In this document: in pieces, positions 12,285 to 27,060 of the stretch
Position numbering within the stretch: position 1 is the stretch's first letter
How the letters are laid out: each line of letters begins with the position of its first letter
NCBI GenBank assembly: GCA_951406725.2
Contig: OX597815.1
Location: forward strand, 141,484,001-141,548,000
DNA length: 64,000 bases
From: Octopus vulgaris
Lineage: Eukaryota
Direction of reading: 5' to 3'
Notes under the pieces: model-generated
What the model was told of the DNA's origin: nothing
The model's database searches: none
What the model saw: only the letters and a program-made list of their open reading frames with translations
Made by a program: the position numbers and the translations under genes

Positions 12285-13564
12285 TTTGAATTTTTTCGAT
12301 AATAATAACGTATATGACTTGAGATGTTTGTGTTGCTTCAACGTTTGTTGTCCTATTTAACAATTATATATCTACTACATCGGAAATCTACAATGGCTCC
12401 CGTCTCTGTTATAACCTTGAGGCCCTGGTAATCCGTTACAGCACTTACCCAGCATAGCTATATTTTATATCAACACCCATATTTTGTATGTATATATATA
12501 TATATATATATATATTAGTGTATTGTGTGTCTATATAGACGTACACACACTCATACAAACACACACATATATACGTATGCATGCATATGTGAATGACATG
12601 CATTATATTAAATGACAAAGAAAGGTTATATAAAAGTTTTAAAATGCTAATATAAACTATGTGAAACGTTTTATAATTTCTTAGTGAACAGTTGTAGTTG
12701 AGTTATCCTTAGCACAATACACTGATACATCCTCGAGGACCTGTTGACGAATGAATATATTTTATTAAACAAATTAGTGAATCTGCATATTAATATTAGT
12801 TATTTTAAAAAATAATCAGAGGTTCGTTCAATGAATCTAGAAAAGAGGAATATATTATAACTGAAAAACTGTAACTTAAAACAGAAATTCAAAGAAATAT
12901 CAGAAAATTAAGATAATCGTACATAACGAAATTCAGTTAGAAAACAAAAGAAAAAAGAACAACTCGGAACAAACAGCAAACGGTAGGCAGAAAAAATTAG
13001 AAAACTGAGAGAATAGAAAAACTAAAAGAAGAATTGTAGTAATGGAGCGGAAATCAAGAAAATAGAAGTTAGTGGTGTGTTAATGGTATGTATGGTAGTA
13101 TGAAAAAGAACGCCGAGAAATGAAGGAACAGAGAAAAACAAGAATCGTCGGCCAAACGTCAGATAAAAGAATATTTTGGTGAAAAGAATGCATGGCATAA
13201 AACGAAATATTTCAAAAGAGTAATTAGGCTAACCTAGGAAATTCTATATCTGGAAGCAATTTTGTAATATGGGAAACGATTCGACCAGTAGTTTGTTTTG
13301 TAGTGTGTACGGTTGTTTAGACATGCAACGTGCACAAATCATCAAGACAATTAGACTTGGCACTATGAATATATTCAATTCACTATGAAGGAACGCGCGC
13401 ATGCTTAGGTATTGAACTCAGGGCACATTTGTTTCTCTGTGGTTCGATTTATTTCGGGCGACTAATTTTTTCTAGCACATGACTTTTCAATTGTTACTAC
13501 ATTTTCTTTTTCAGGGCATCAATCACAATCAGGCAAGATATCACATCATATTTCAAATGATATT

Positions 13565-13607
<43 letters not shown>

Positions 13608-13651
13608 ATGGTGTGTGTATATATATATATATATATAGATAGATATATCTA

Positions 13652-14360
<709 letters not shown>

Positions 14361-14845
14361 ATATATATATATATATTTATATATGCACATACATTATCTA
14401 TGCATATACATTACATATGTGTGTGAGCGTGTGCGCCTATTTGTGTGTACCTATGATGGTATATATATATATATATATATATGTGTATGATTTCGTATAT
14501 TCGAGTAATATATAACTATTTCTTTCCCTAAATATTTAATAAAAAATTACCCTTATAACAAATCATTAATGGACTCAAAAAATTCGCCCCCACCCCACCC
14601 CCAAAAAACTCCGTTTATTCCAAGAAACCAATTGATTAACGTTTTCAATTTCATAACAAAAATGCTATATTCAATAATATTATAGAATGAATTCCACATT
14701 AATTGTAATTGCACGAAAATGGTAAAATACATAACGCACTCATGCGAATATGAACAATGACACAAAAACGCAAACATGTACGTTTGTGTATTTTGTATAT
14801 ATGTATACATTCCTACACAAACATATATACATATATATGTATATA

Positions 14846-14933
<88 letters not shown>

Positions 14934-15109
14934 TGTATATAAATATGAGAGAAAGAAGATGGAATTCCGGAGATCTTTATTATTCAATACGATAATTTGG
15001 ACACATCATGCACCGGGGCGTCGCGAATGAGATGCTGTGAAATCTAATGCAGCGCAAACCAGGTTAGATATGTGTGTGTGCATATATATATATATATACA
15101 TATATATCT

Positions 15110-15406
15110 ATCACGTGATCACGTGACCGACCAGACCATCAGATGTTGTTACACAACGCTGGTCACAATGCGCGTCGCATTGTTTTAGCTTTCGAATGTC
15201 GCCACCCCGCTGGCTAAGCGAGCAGGCCAACAGAAGAAAGAGTGGTGAAAGAGTACAGCAGGGATCACCCCTCCCCTGCCGGAGCCTCGTGGAGCTTTTA
15301 GGTGTTTTCGCTCAATAAACACTCACAACGCCCCACCTGGGAATCGAAACCGCTATACTACGACCGCGAGTCCGCTGCCCTAACAACTGGGCCATTGCGC
15401 CTCCAC
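15110..15406 (-). mobile_element. tRNA-derived SINE (family A), second copy
   Basis: A box TGGCCCAGTTGTTAG, B box GGTTTCGATTCCC; same body and TCACGTGATCACGTGA tail as 13695-14005. Confidence 0.88.
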
Positions 15407-15409
15407 ATA

Positions 15410-17859
<2,450 letters not shown>

Positions 17860-17880
<21 letters not shown>

Positions 17881-18200
17881 TACATACTAATACGTACTAA
17901 TACATACTAGTACATACTAATACTTACACCAACCCTATACATACACACGTCCAGACCCCGCATACGCACTTATACTCTCTCTCTCACACACACACACACC
18001 TATACATACCAATACGTACTAATACATACTAATACATACTAATACATACACCAACCCCATACATACGCACGTCCAGACCAATCTTACGCACTAATACTCT
18101 CTCATACACACACACACACACACACACACACCCTTATACATACTAATACATACACCAACCCTATACATACACACATCCAGACCCCTCCCACGCACTTTTA
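17860..18200 (+). repeat. Nested minisatellite in the PLE 3' region: three units of ~100-120 bp built from 10-bp ACTAATACAT subunits
   Basis: 'caccaaccc(t/c)atacatac(a/g)cac(g/a)tccagacc' occurs three times (about 17927, 18049, 18153), each preceded by (actaatacat)n. Confidence 0.85.
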
Positions 18201-18367
18201 GCTGGTCCCTCAACCCATTTATCAACCCTATTATCTCCCCTTATTTCGCTCTCGCGTCTCATGTTTGATCTTTGACCTCTGGCCGAAATCAGATCGCCAT
18301 GTTGATTCGTTAGCTACTGCACGCATTTTTTTTTCTCTCCTTCTTTCTGTGTTTTTCTCTCTGTGTA

Positions 18368-18405
18368 TCTTTCTGTTGAAGAGCGTAGGCTCGAAACGTT
18401 AAAGA
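18368..18405 (+). ncRNA. Minimal type I hammerhead-ribozyme-like motif in the PLE pLTR (variant core)
   Basis: TCTTT-CTGTTGAA-GAGC gtag GCTC-GAAA-CG-TT-AAAGA. Stem I (5 bp) and stem II (4 bp) are perfect, and stem III is the palindrome AACGTT typical of dimeric PLE hammerheads. Confidence 0.75.
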
Positions 18406-18502
18406 CTTGTTTTATTTATATTTCCTGAGCGCCATACTAATACAATTGTTCGTTTGTTTTCCACCTGCCTTCGTCTTTTGTTTATTTTCATAAAGCTTCC
18501 CG

Positions 18503-18549
<47 letters not shown>

Positions 18550-18550
<1 letters not shown>

Positions 18551-19012
18551 TGAAGAACCAGGACCACAATTACTACTACTTCCTGTCCTGCAAACATGCT
18601 GAATTTAACAACACAACACAACACATGCTCTTAATCCCTTTGGATCTTAACACCTCAAGGTAATCTTTTCGTAAACAACCATAAAACGCAAGATACACAA
18701 CGAACTCACAATGTATCGGAGAACTTATTTTTTAATTTTTGTACATTTTTATCATTATTCTTTTACAAAAAACAATGCAATTTTCTTTTTTTCCCCTTTC
18801 TAATTTTTAAAAAAAAATTCTTAAAACATAAATATTCTTGACAAGTCATACAATGACGAAAACCGGTTGAATAAATATACATTTATATATTTTATCATTT
18901 AATCATTTTATTAAAATTTTCTTTCATTTGAGCATTCTGCAATTTTTATAAAAAAATTTTCCTTACTTATCATTTCTCCACGTGCGGTCAACACAACCCC
19001 ACCATTTATTGA

Positions 19013-19015
<3 letters not shown>
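18550..19015 (+). mobile_element. 3' fragment of another PLE family with a decayed hammerhead at 18833-18873
   Basis: Contains an ORF-end-like 'cttaatccctttggatcttaac' (LNPFG/LN) and later TATTC-TTGACAA-GTCAT aca ATGAC-GAAA-ACCGGTT-GAATA. Flanked by (TA)n on both sides. Confidence 0.55.
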
Positions 19016-19084
<69 letters not shown>

Positions 19085-19090
<6 letters not shown>

Positions 19091-20262
19091 GTGAATTGAA
19101 GAAATGGAGTTGAACGAAGATTGAACAGAATTCCTTTTATTGCATTCTACACATGTTTCAAAAGCCACAATTTTCCAAATTCTGATTGAATAAGGATGCC
19201 ATATTGTGGCTTTCTCTTCAGGAAAAAAATAGGGATTCCGTTGGCAGAACAAAACAGAACAGAGGCGCAGCAAAGCAATTTGAACGAGGAGGCTCTTTAA
19301 GAGCCCATGGCTGAACTGATTATCAATGTACGTTGATAATCAGTTCAGCCATGGGCTCTTCGCTGACTATTGATGATAGACATCATGTTGTTTTGGAGTT
19401 TATGTTTTTTAATCTCTAGCGACGAGATGACAGTCAGGTTGGTGTGTTGCTGTTGACAGTATTTCAGCTTGTTGATTTTTTAAAAATTCTTTAATTTTCC
19501 TGATGAGAGATTTTCTATTTCTAGGAATTCGACACTTAGATTTGTTTGCAGATCTTAATGGGGTGTGTTTTGCACATATGTTCGTAATGGTGTCTACAAA
19601 TTACTGCCAGGACTTTTTGATGTTAGTGGGTGTGTATGTGTTTCGTGAAGGACCAATCGACTTGTGCAAGATCATTATTGATCGCTTCCCAGTTTGCATT
19701 GTGGAAATCCTTAGTGTCAAATGGATGACATTTGTTTTGCATTTTGGCCAGTGAAATCTCAGATCACAGAGAACCATGTCATGATCAGAGAGTAGGGTTT
19801 TCTCCACTGCAATATTGTGGATAGATTGCTGAAAATTAAGTCGAAGACGTTTTTATGACATCTCGTTGGTTCGAGCACCAGTTGGGACAGGAAGAAATCA
19901 TCCATGAAGTCAAGAAGCGATTCCACTGCCTCCCTATCAGGGGTTGAGAGAGAAGAACCTGGCGGTAGACTGTTTGTAGACCAGTCAACTCCGGGAAGGT
20001 TGAAGTCTCCCATCATTAAAATGTCAAGTTGACACTGCTAAATGAAACACTTTATGTTGTTGAGGCATTCCTTGAAGAATGGTAGGGGCGTTTGGGGGTG
20101 GTCTGTAGAGCTCAACTACTGCTAAGTTGTTGGTTTGACTGAATACAGCGACTGCTTCGCAGTATCCATTGGAAAGTATATTCATAGCTTCTGTTGAGAA
20201 TGAATCATGAACATAAATGGCAGTCCCACCCTTTCTTCTGCCAGCACGATCAGCACGAATGG
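19085..20262 (-). mobile_element. LINE (CR1/L2-like) APE endonuclease region, degenerate
   Basis: Minus strand: [71 protein letters not shown], which are the APE catalytic motifs (GDFN, D..F, SDH). Bounded by (TA)n. Confidence 0.85.
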
Positions 20263-20320
<58 letters not shown>

Positions 20321-20323
20321 ATG

Positions 20324-20384
<61 letters not shown>

Positions 20385-20482
20385 ATATATATATATATAT
20401 GTTTTACTGCTGTGATTTTTGCTACTAAGGTATCGGTTAAACTTTTGATTAATCTACTACAAGATTATTCATCTTTCTATTT

Positions 20483-20543
<61 letters not shown>

Positions 20544-20832
20544 GTATGAATGCATGTATTTATGGAGGGATTGTTGCAGGCAAGTGTGTATATATGTACT
20601 TATTATTCTTATACATGTATGTTGTCCGCTGTAATTTCGAAGTTTCGGATAGGTTAGCCATGGTCGGAAGATGCCACAGCTGACCGGAGCAGCAAAGTCA
20701 CTGTTAACAATATTCTTGTAGAAGAATAATAAATTTGCAATATACAAAATTATAGCGGAACAGATCATTACAACTGAAGATAAAAATGAAAAAAAATGCA
20801 TATATGCATATATGTATATGTGTATACACACA

Positions 20833-20885
<53 letters not shown>

Positions 20886-20908
20886 AACTGTCTATCTATC
20901 TATCTATA

Positions 20909-20944
<36 letters not shown>

Positions 20945-20950
20945 TATATG

Positions 20951-21000
<50 letters not shown>

Positions 21001-21004
<4 letters not shown>

Positions 21005-22110
21005 GTTGGTAACTGATTTGCCGCCGGTTTTTAAAATTTTAATATTTTTAAAGGGCTTAATAAAAAAAACGCTAATTAATCAATAACGTAGTTACCCTTA
21101 TTGTTTACATCTTCTTCTCAACGTTCAACAAGATTTTCAATACATCTTTGGTAGAATTCACCCGATTTCGACTCCAAAATTTGATCCAACCAAGCTCTTA
21201 ATTCTGCATCAATACTGAACGAAACTCTGCGAATAGCATTTGAAAGAGATCGAAAGACGTGGAAATCCGTTGGTGCTAAATCAGGAGATTACGGTGGGCG
21301 CGGCAGTACTTCCCAGCCATGCGTTTGAATTGCTACCTTGGTCATATTGGCGATATGTGGGCGGGTGTTGTCGTGCAGCACAAGAACTTCATGCTGACGA
21401 TTAGGCCTTTCCTCTTGAATAACCGTGTTGAGTGGTTCCATCTGTTAAACATACAATTCTGCGTTGACCGTTTGGTTCCGTTCAAGCAATTCGTAATGGA
21501 TAATCCCTTCCCAGCCCCACCATACGCACAACATCTTTTTACGAGAATGAAGATCTCGTTTCACGCGTCGTGTCTCTGTTTCTTTCCGAGGCTAAACCAT
21601 TTCTTACGTTGCTTCATATTGATGTACAGGCACCATTTTTCGATGACAGTTACGATTCGGTAAAGAAATCGTTGCTTGTGTCCATGAGTTGAGAGGTGAC
21701 GAGCAAGCAAACCAGCAGAGATTGTGGGTCGTTGATTTTTGTCACTTAAAGCATGTAGAACTTATGCTCTATGCTTCTGAACCTTTTCCATCGAGTGAAG
21801 ATGCTTCACTATAGCAGTGGGAGCATTCCATTTTCTCTGCCTATTCGCTTATCGTTTGACGAGCATTTTCATGCAAAATTTGGTTTAATAGCTCGTCATC
21901 GAACTCATCTGGATGATGTGCGTCTTTGAGGTAAAATTTCTATTTTTGAACTTTTCATACCAATCATGAGAGGGTTCTTTCAGCTATAGCACCCTCTCCA
22001 TACACAGCACAAATGTCGCGAGCAGCCTTTGCGGCCTTAGAACCTTGATTAAAAGCAAAAAGAAGTAGGTGCCGAAAATGTTCGTTTTTCTTAACTTGAC
22101 ATTACCTTTT
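21001..22110 (-). mobile_element. mariner (DD34D) transposon fossil
   Basis: TA|TTAGGTTGG mariner-type TIR at 21001. Minus-strand motifs RIVTVIEKWCLY, MLCVWWGWEGIIHYELL, HDNTRPH, PP*SPDLAPTDFHVFRSL and a GNYVID* end; N-terminal EHFRHLLLF near 22050-22090. Confidence 0.9.
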
Positions 22111-22589
22111 AATGATAGAGATTATCCATGTCCTGAATGACGAATTGATTATCATATATATGAGAATCAATTCATCATTCAGAATATAGATAATCTCTGA
22201 AATCTGTATGTTCTCATCATTCGATCGTAAAAATAACGTAATAAACTTTATGCGGAGATAGTAGATATAGTAGCATAGAAAGCTACAACTGAAATGACAT
22301 ACTCAAGGGTAATAGAGACTAATTTCCAAAATCGTTTTACAGAACAAACCCATTTATTATATTAATCACTGTTGAAAGTGTACATATTTGATCGTCACAA
22401 TATGATTGCAAGCAAAGCAAAAAAATCCAACTTAACGGTATCCTTTCACGGACGTCAAATAATTTTATACAGTTACCCTAAATATATATTGTATATACCA
22501 GTAAAATATTAAAGTAATCTTGAAGTACTTCAAGATATATTAACACAAACATTTAGACATTCGCTCAAAAATGCCGACCACTCGATCCG

Positions 22590-23072
22590 TAGGCACAAGC
22601 GTAGCTGTGTGGTAAGAAACTTTCTTCTCAACCACATAATTCCAGATTCAGTCCCACTGTATGGCACTTTGGGGAGGTTTTATCAACTATATTTTCGATC
22701 CGACCAAAGCCTTGCGTGTGGATTTGGTTGACGGAAACTGAAAGAAACCTCATATATATATATATATATATGTGTCTGTGTCTATATCTGTGTCTGTGTG
22801 TGCTTGTGCATATGCATGTGTGCTTGTGTGTGTGTGTGTACGTGTGTGTGTGTGTGTACCTGTGTGTGTGTGTATTTTTGTGTCATGTTTCTTCCCGGCC
22901 ATCCCTTGACAGTCAGTTTTGATGTGTTACGTGTTCGTAATTTAGCGGCTGGGCAACGTGACTGATGGAATATGAAATAAGTTCTGGGGGCCATATATTG
23001 GACTAAAAAACTTCAAAACGATGCTCCAGCATGGCCGCAGGCACTTGACTGAAGTAAGCGAAAATAGAAGAA
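22590..23072 (+). mobile_element. tRNA-derived SINE (family B), near full length
   Basis: Head 'taggcacaagcgtagctgtgtggtaagaa..cagattcagtcccactg', conserved 'gtggatttggttgacggaaactgaaagaa', an internal (TA)(TG) tract and tail 'gctccagcatggccgcag..tgactgaagtaag..aatagaag'. Confidence 0.85.
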
Positions 23073-23089
23073 TATATATATATATATAT

Positions 23090-24527
23090 TTGTAAAAAAG
23101 GAAGTTCGAAAATGCTGCTATATTATACAATTTTTAATTTTTATATATACATTATAACATGTTTCAGTTCCTGAAATGAACCTTATCAAAAAAAGTTATA
23201 TATAAAAAAAAGATAGTTCATGCTATCAAATATAAGAAATTCATTTATAATACACAATGGAGTCAGACGTCATAAAGTTCATATATAGTTTGAAGTGAGT
23301 TCGTTCATGCTATATGTTTAAAGTGTATGATGCAGTGGTTCGTGGTGGTGATATGCATTCAATATAAAAAATAGAAAAAATAGATCAAAGTGGTGGAATG
23401 CAGTCAATATAAAAAATTGATGTTCCTGAAAGAGCGAGGAATTCATTTTTACCTTGATGACTGATGGTGGGTGTTCGCTGGATGATTCTGGCGAATCTTG
23501 TGAATTGTTCGGGTTTTGTAACACCTGTTAGGTGGTCAGTCCAGCGTAGCGTGACGTCATCAACGTTTTGACCAATCGTTTCGTTAGGTGGCTTAGTCAA
23601 GCAGAACGGGACGTCATCAACATTCTGACCAATTGTGACCTATCGCTGTATTATAACTGCCTCTTGTCTGTATCTTGTTTTGACCAATCGTTTCGTTAGG
23701 TGGCTTAGTCAAGCAGAACGGGACGTCATCAAAATTCTGACCAATCACGACTTATAACTGTATTAGATCTGCCCCTTGTCTGTATCTTGTTAGGTGACTA
23801 GTCGAGCAGAAAAGGACGTCATCAATATTCTGACTAATCTCTGCCCCTTGTCTGTATCCTGTCCAGTCTAGCAGAACTAGACGTCATCAACGTGTTGACT
23901 AATCAGAATCGGGTCTGACCCTTAGCTGTATCGTATGTGGTCAGTTCATCAGGGTTAGATTTGTACGAAGAAATCTTTTTATAATTTTTTTTCCTTTTTT
24001 TTCCTAAGGCATATTTCCGTCAGTGCGAGTGACTGTTTAAGGTAGCGGCCGTGGTGGAATTTTGCTTCTCCTTTTCGGAGGACCTATCTTTTGTTTTAAT
24101 ATTCCTGGCCCAGGGTGTTTAAACTTGGTCTAAATTTTTTTTATGAAATACAGTTCTTTATTTTGGCGTTGCGTGAAGGTTGCGTTGTCACTGAATTTAT
24201 AGAGCGGGTTAGTTGTAAATTTCGGATTTACATTTCCAGCACATCTATTTATGTGTCCGCTGACCGGTATTTTCCGGTAATCAGGTTTCTAATTTGTGAT
24301 TTATGCACCGCCATCCTGTTACGTAAGCTATATTTTGTATGGCCTATATACTGCCTATTGCAGCCTGCGCATGTTATGACGTAAATTAAGTTTTCTGATG
24401 CGCAGGTGAAGTTTGTTCTAATGGTGAACTGGTGGCCTTGTTCCAGTATAAATTCTGATCCTTCTTTCAAGATGACACAGATTCCGCAGTTGGGCCTTCC
24501 ACATTTTCTAACTGCTGGTTTTGTGGT

Positions 24528-24530
<3 letters not shown>
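23090..24530 (-). mobile_element. Penelope-like element 3' part (GIY-YIG end, repeat-rich UTR, decayed hammerhead at 23154-23189)
   Basis: Minus strand KPAVRKCGRPNCGIC..FTCASENLIYVITCAGCNRQYIGHTKYSLRNRMAVHKSQI..KELYFIKKFRPSLN. Downstream lies TTGATAA-GGTTC atttcag GAACT-GAAA-CATG-TT. Bounded by (TA)n. Confidence 0.85.
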
Positions 24531-24558
<28 letters not shown>

Positions 24559-24752
24559 ACAGCACGGATTTTTGTCAGTGAACAGGTCGCGGATTTTAGC
24601 GACGAAAATATTTTGACAAATGAAACTTAAATGTTGAAGTGAATTGAACGGCTTTTGTGTGTTTCTTAAATGGCTTATAAACACCTTCCACGCTGCAATT
24701 GTTTTCGTTTCAGCACACGATCTCAGATCAAATTACTTGCTATGCGAGTACA

Positions 24753-24784
<32 letters not shown>

Positions 24785-25098
24785 GATATATAGATATATA
24801 TACACATATATACATACATACATATTACTGAGTTGCACTTGTGCTGCAAATGATTTTTACCGAATCTATGTGATACAAGTGAAACCAATAGGCTGTGAAA
24901 GAACCATTTGTGGCAAACGGTGTCATTACATTAAGTTTGAATTAAAATTTAATTTTGCATGAAGAGTCAACATTTTCGTCATTTGACACCTCTTGAACTA
25001 AGTAATTTGAACAGCCATTGAATGTAAGTTACGAGTGGCATTTCTAAGGTGTAGCTGGTGTGTACACACACACATTAATATATATTTAATATATATAA

Positions 25099-25168
<70 letters not shown>

Positions 25169-25949
25169 GTGTATGTGTGTGTGTGTGTATACACATACAT
25201 ACAGACATAAATCAAAACTGAAATTGTTGCACATATATGTTTTTCTCTATGTATCAAATCCTGTCGATATTCGTTGAAAATACACATGACAACTTATTTG
25301 CATGAAATATATTCGGTTTACAACATTACTATAAAAACTGCTCTGAAGTCTATTCATTAAATATGCATACATTAGTTTGAAAGTATGTTTAAACACATAA
25401 TACGTTAGGAAGCTAATATTCAATATTCTCTATCTATATTCACATGCCGCAGTAAACAGTTTAAATATTAGAAAGGTCGTTTCATGTTTCTGGTGTTTAT
25501 GAAAATGTTCAGAATATATCTCTAGTTTTTAGAATTTTTTAACGTAATAAAGTATAAAATGTTTTATAATTTCGAATATTCGTAGATATAATAGAAAACG
25601 ATGTACTGTCTATCATTTATTCTAATTTTCTTCTACTACTATGACAGAATCACAGGATCGAAGAGACCATAAGACATCCTTATACACCACTGGTCACAAT
25701 GTATATAGAATACTGTCTTCATTGCGCTATTCTTTTCCTTCTTGACCTAACTTATTTAACTAAATCTTTTTCTCATCGTCGTGGAGCTCTTCTAAGTGGC
25801 ATTTTCCGATTACTTGGATACAACTCGTCAAATTCACCGGTCCATGTGCTGTCTGTGAATCCTCCAGAGGAATTTGTGCTTTCAGCTTTCTGCGATCAGA
25901 GGAGGATGAAAAATAAACTAACAACAATCATTAGTTATTTCCAAAGTAC

Positions 25950-26330
25950 ACTCTCTTTACTCTTTTACTTGTTTCAGTCATTTGACTGTGGCCATGCCGG
26001 AGCACCGCCTTTAGTCGAGCAAATCGACCCCAGGACTTATTCTTTGTAAACCTAGTACTTATTCTATGAGTTCCTTTTGCCGAACCGCTAAGTTACGGGG
26101 ATGTAAACACACCAGTATCGTTTGTCAAGCGATTTTATGGAGACAAACACAGACACACAAACATATATACACATACACATATACATACATATATACGACA
26201 GGCTTCTTTCAGTTTCCGTCTACCAAATCCACTCACAAGACTTTGGTTGGCCCGAGGCTATAATAGAAGACAGTCGCCCAAGGTGCCACGTAGTGGGACT
26301 GAACCCGAAACCATGTGGAACCATGTGTAT
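25950..26330 (-). mobile_element. tRNA-derived SINE (family B)
   Basis: Shares the head (ttcagtcccactacgtggcaccttggg), core (gtggatttggtagacggaaactgaaagaagcc) and tail (ggtgctccggcatggccacagtcaaatgactgaaacaagtaaaagag) with the other B copies. Confidence 0.88.
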
Positions 26331-26861
26331 AGGTGAAATATTTTTCAGTCCTTAACACTTAACTTCAATAACTGCCGAATGGGAATATCTCTTCATTATT
26401 GCACCAAATAGAATATCCCAGCAGTTGCAATATAGCTGACAAATTAAATTTCCTTAATTAGCATCTTACATAGACACTAAGAGAAATAATCTAAATGTGA
26501 TTTTATATACGCGTGCATCCTAAGTTCTTATGACATCTTTCAGGGCCTTCTTTCTTGCGTATAATCAAAGGGACATAAAATTTAAAGCCAAACGCAAACA
26601 ATTTTCACACTGATAGCTGTACGAAAAAAAAAAAAACACATGCAGAATTTATTAACCACTTTGAAATAGATCAATAATATCTTAAATAATTTACGAATAA
26701 TCTTCGCTAAATTAAATTCGTAACTTTAAAGAAAAATCGATTCTTAGTAGAAAACGTGAAGGGGATGAATGTTTTGGGCAATTTTCTGTGACGTTGGCCC
26801 TCTGCAGTAAAGTATTCACAGGCCTGAATTAATCATTAATAACTGATCTTGATATTTATAT

Positions 26862-26868
26862 CTCTATC

Positions 26869-26948
<80 letters not shown>

Positions 26949-26983
26949 CCTACCTATCTATCTATCTATATATATATATGTAA

Positions 26984-27056
<73 letters not shown>
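26862..27056. repeat. (TATC)n followed by (TA)n microsatellite
   Basis: Direct inspection. Confidence 0.95.

Positions 27057-27060
<4 letters not shown>

Larger units (their letters stand above)
12025..12363. repeat. ~150-bp-arm inverted repeat (inverted PLE pLTR pair), each arm with a hammerhead-like motif
   Basis: 12025-12176 is the imperfect reverse complement of 12211-12363, with a ~35-bp AT-rich spacer. Confidence 0.9.

Noticed and set aside
12760-13340. A-rich, coiled-coil-like stretch suggestive of a decayed gag
   Set aside because: Multiple stops in all frames and no diagnostic motif.
23525-23930. Repeat-spacer-like pattern resembling a CRISPR array
   Set aside because: The spacers are themselves homologous and very unequal in length, there are no cas genes, and the context is a eukaryotic retroelement UTR.
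23913-23960. Minus-strand CTGATGA...GATAC with flanking complementarity, resembling a hammerhead
   Set aside because: No stem II, GATA instead of GAAA, and stem I is out of register; probably coincidental.
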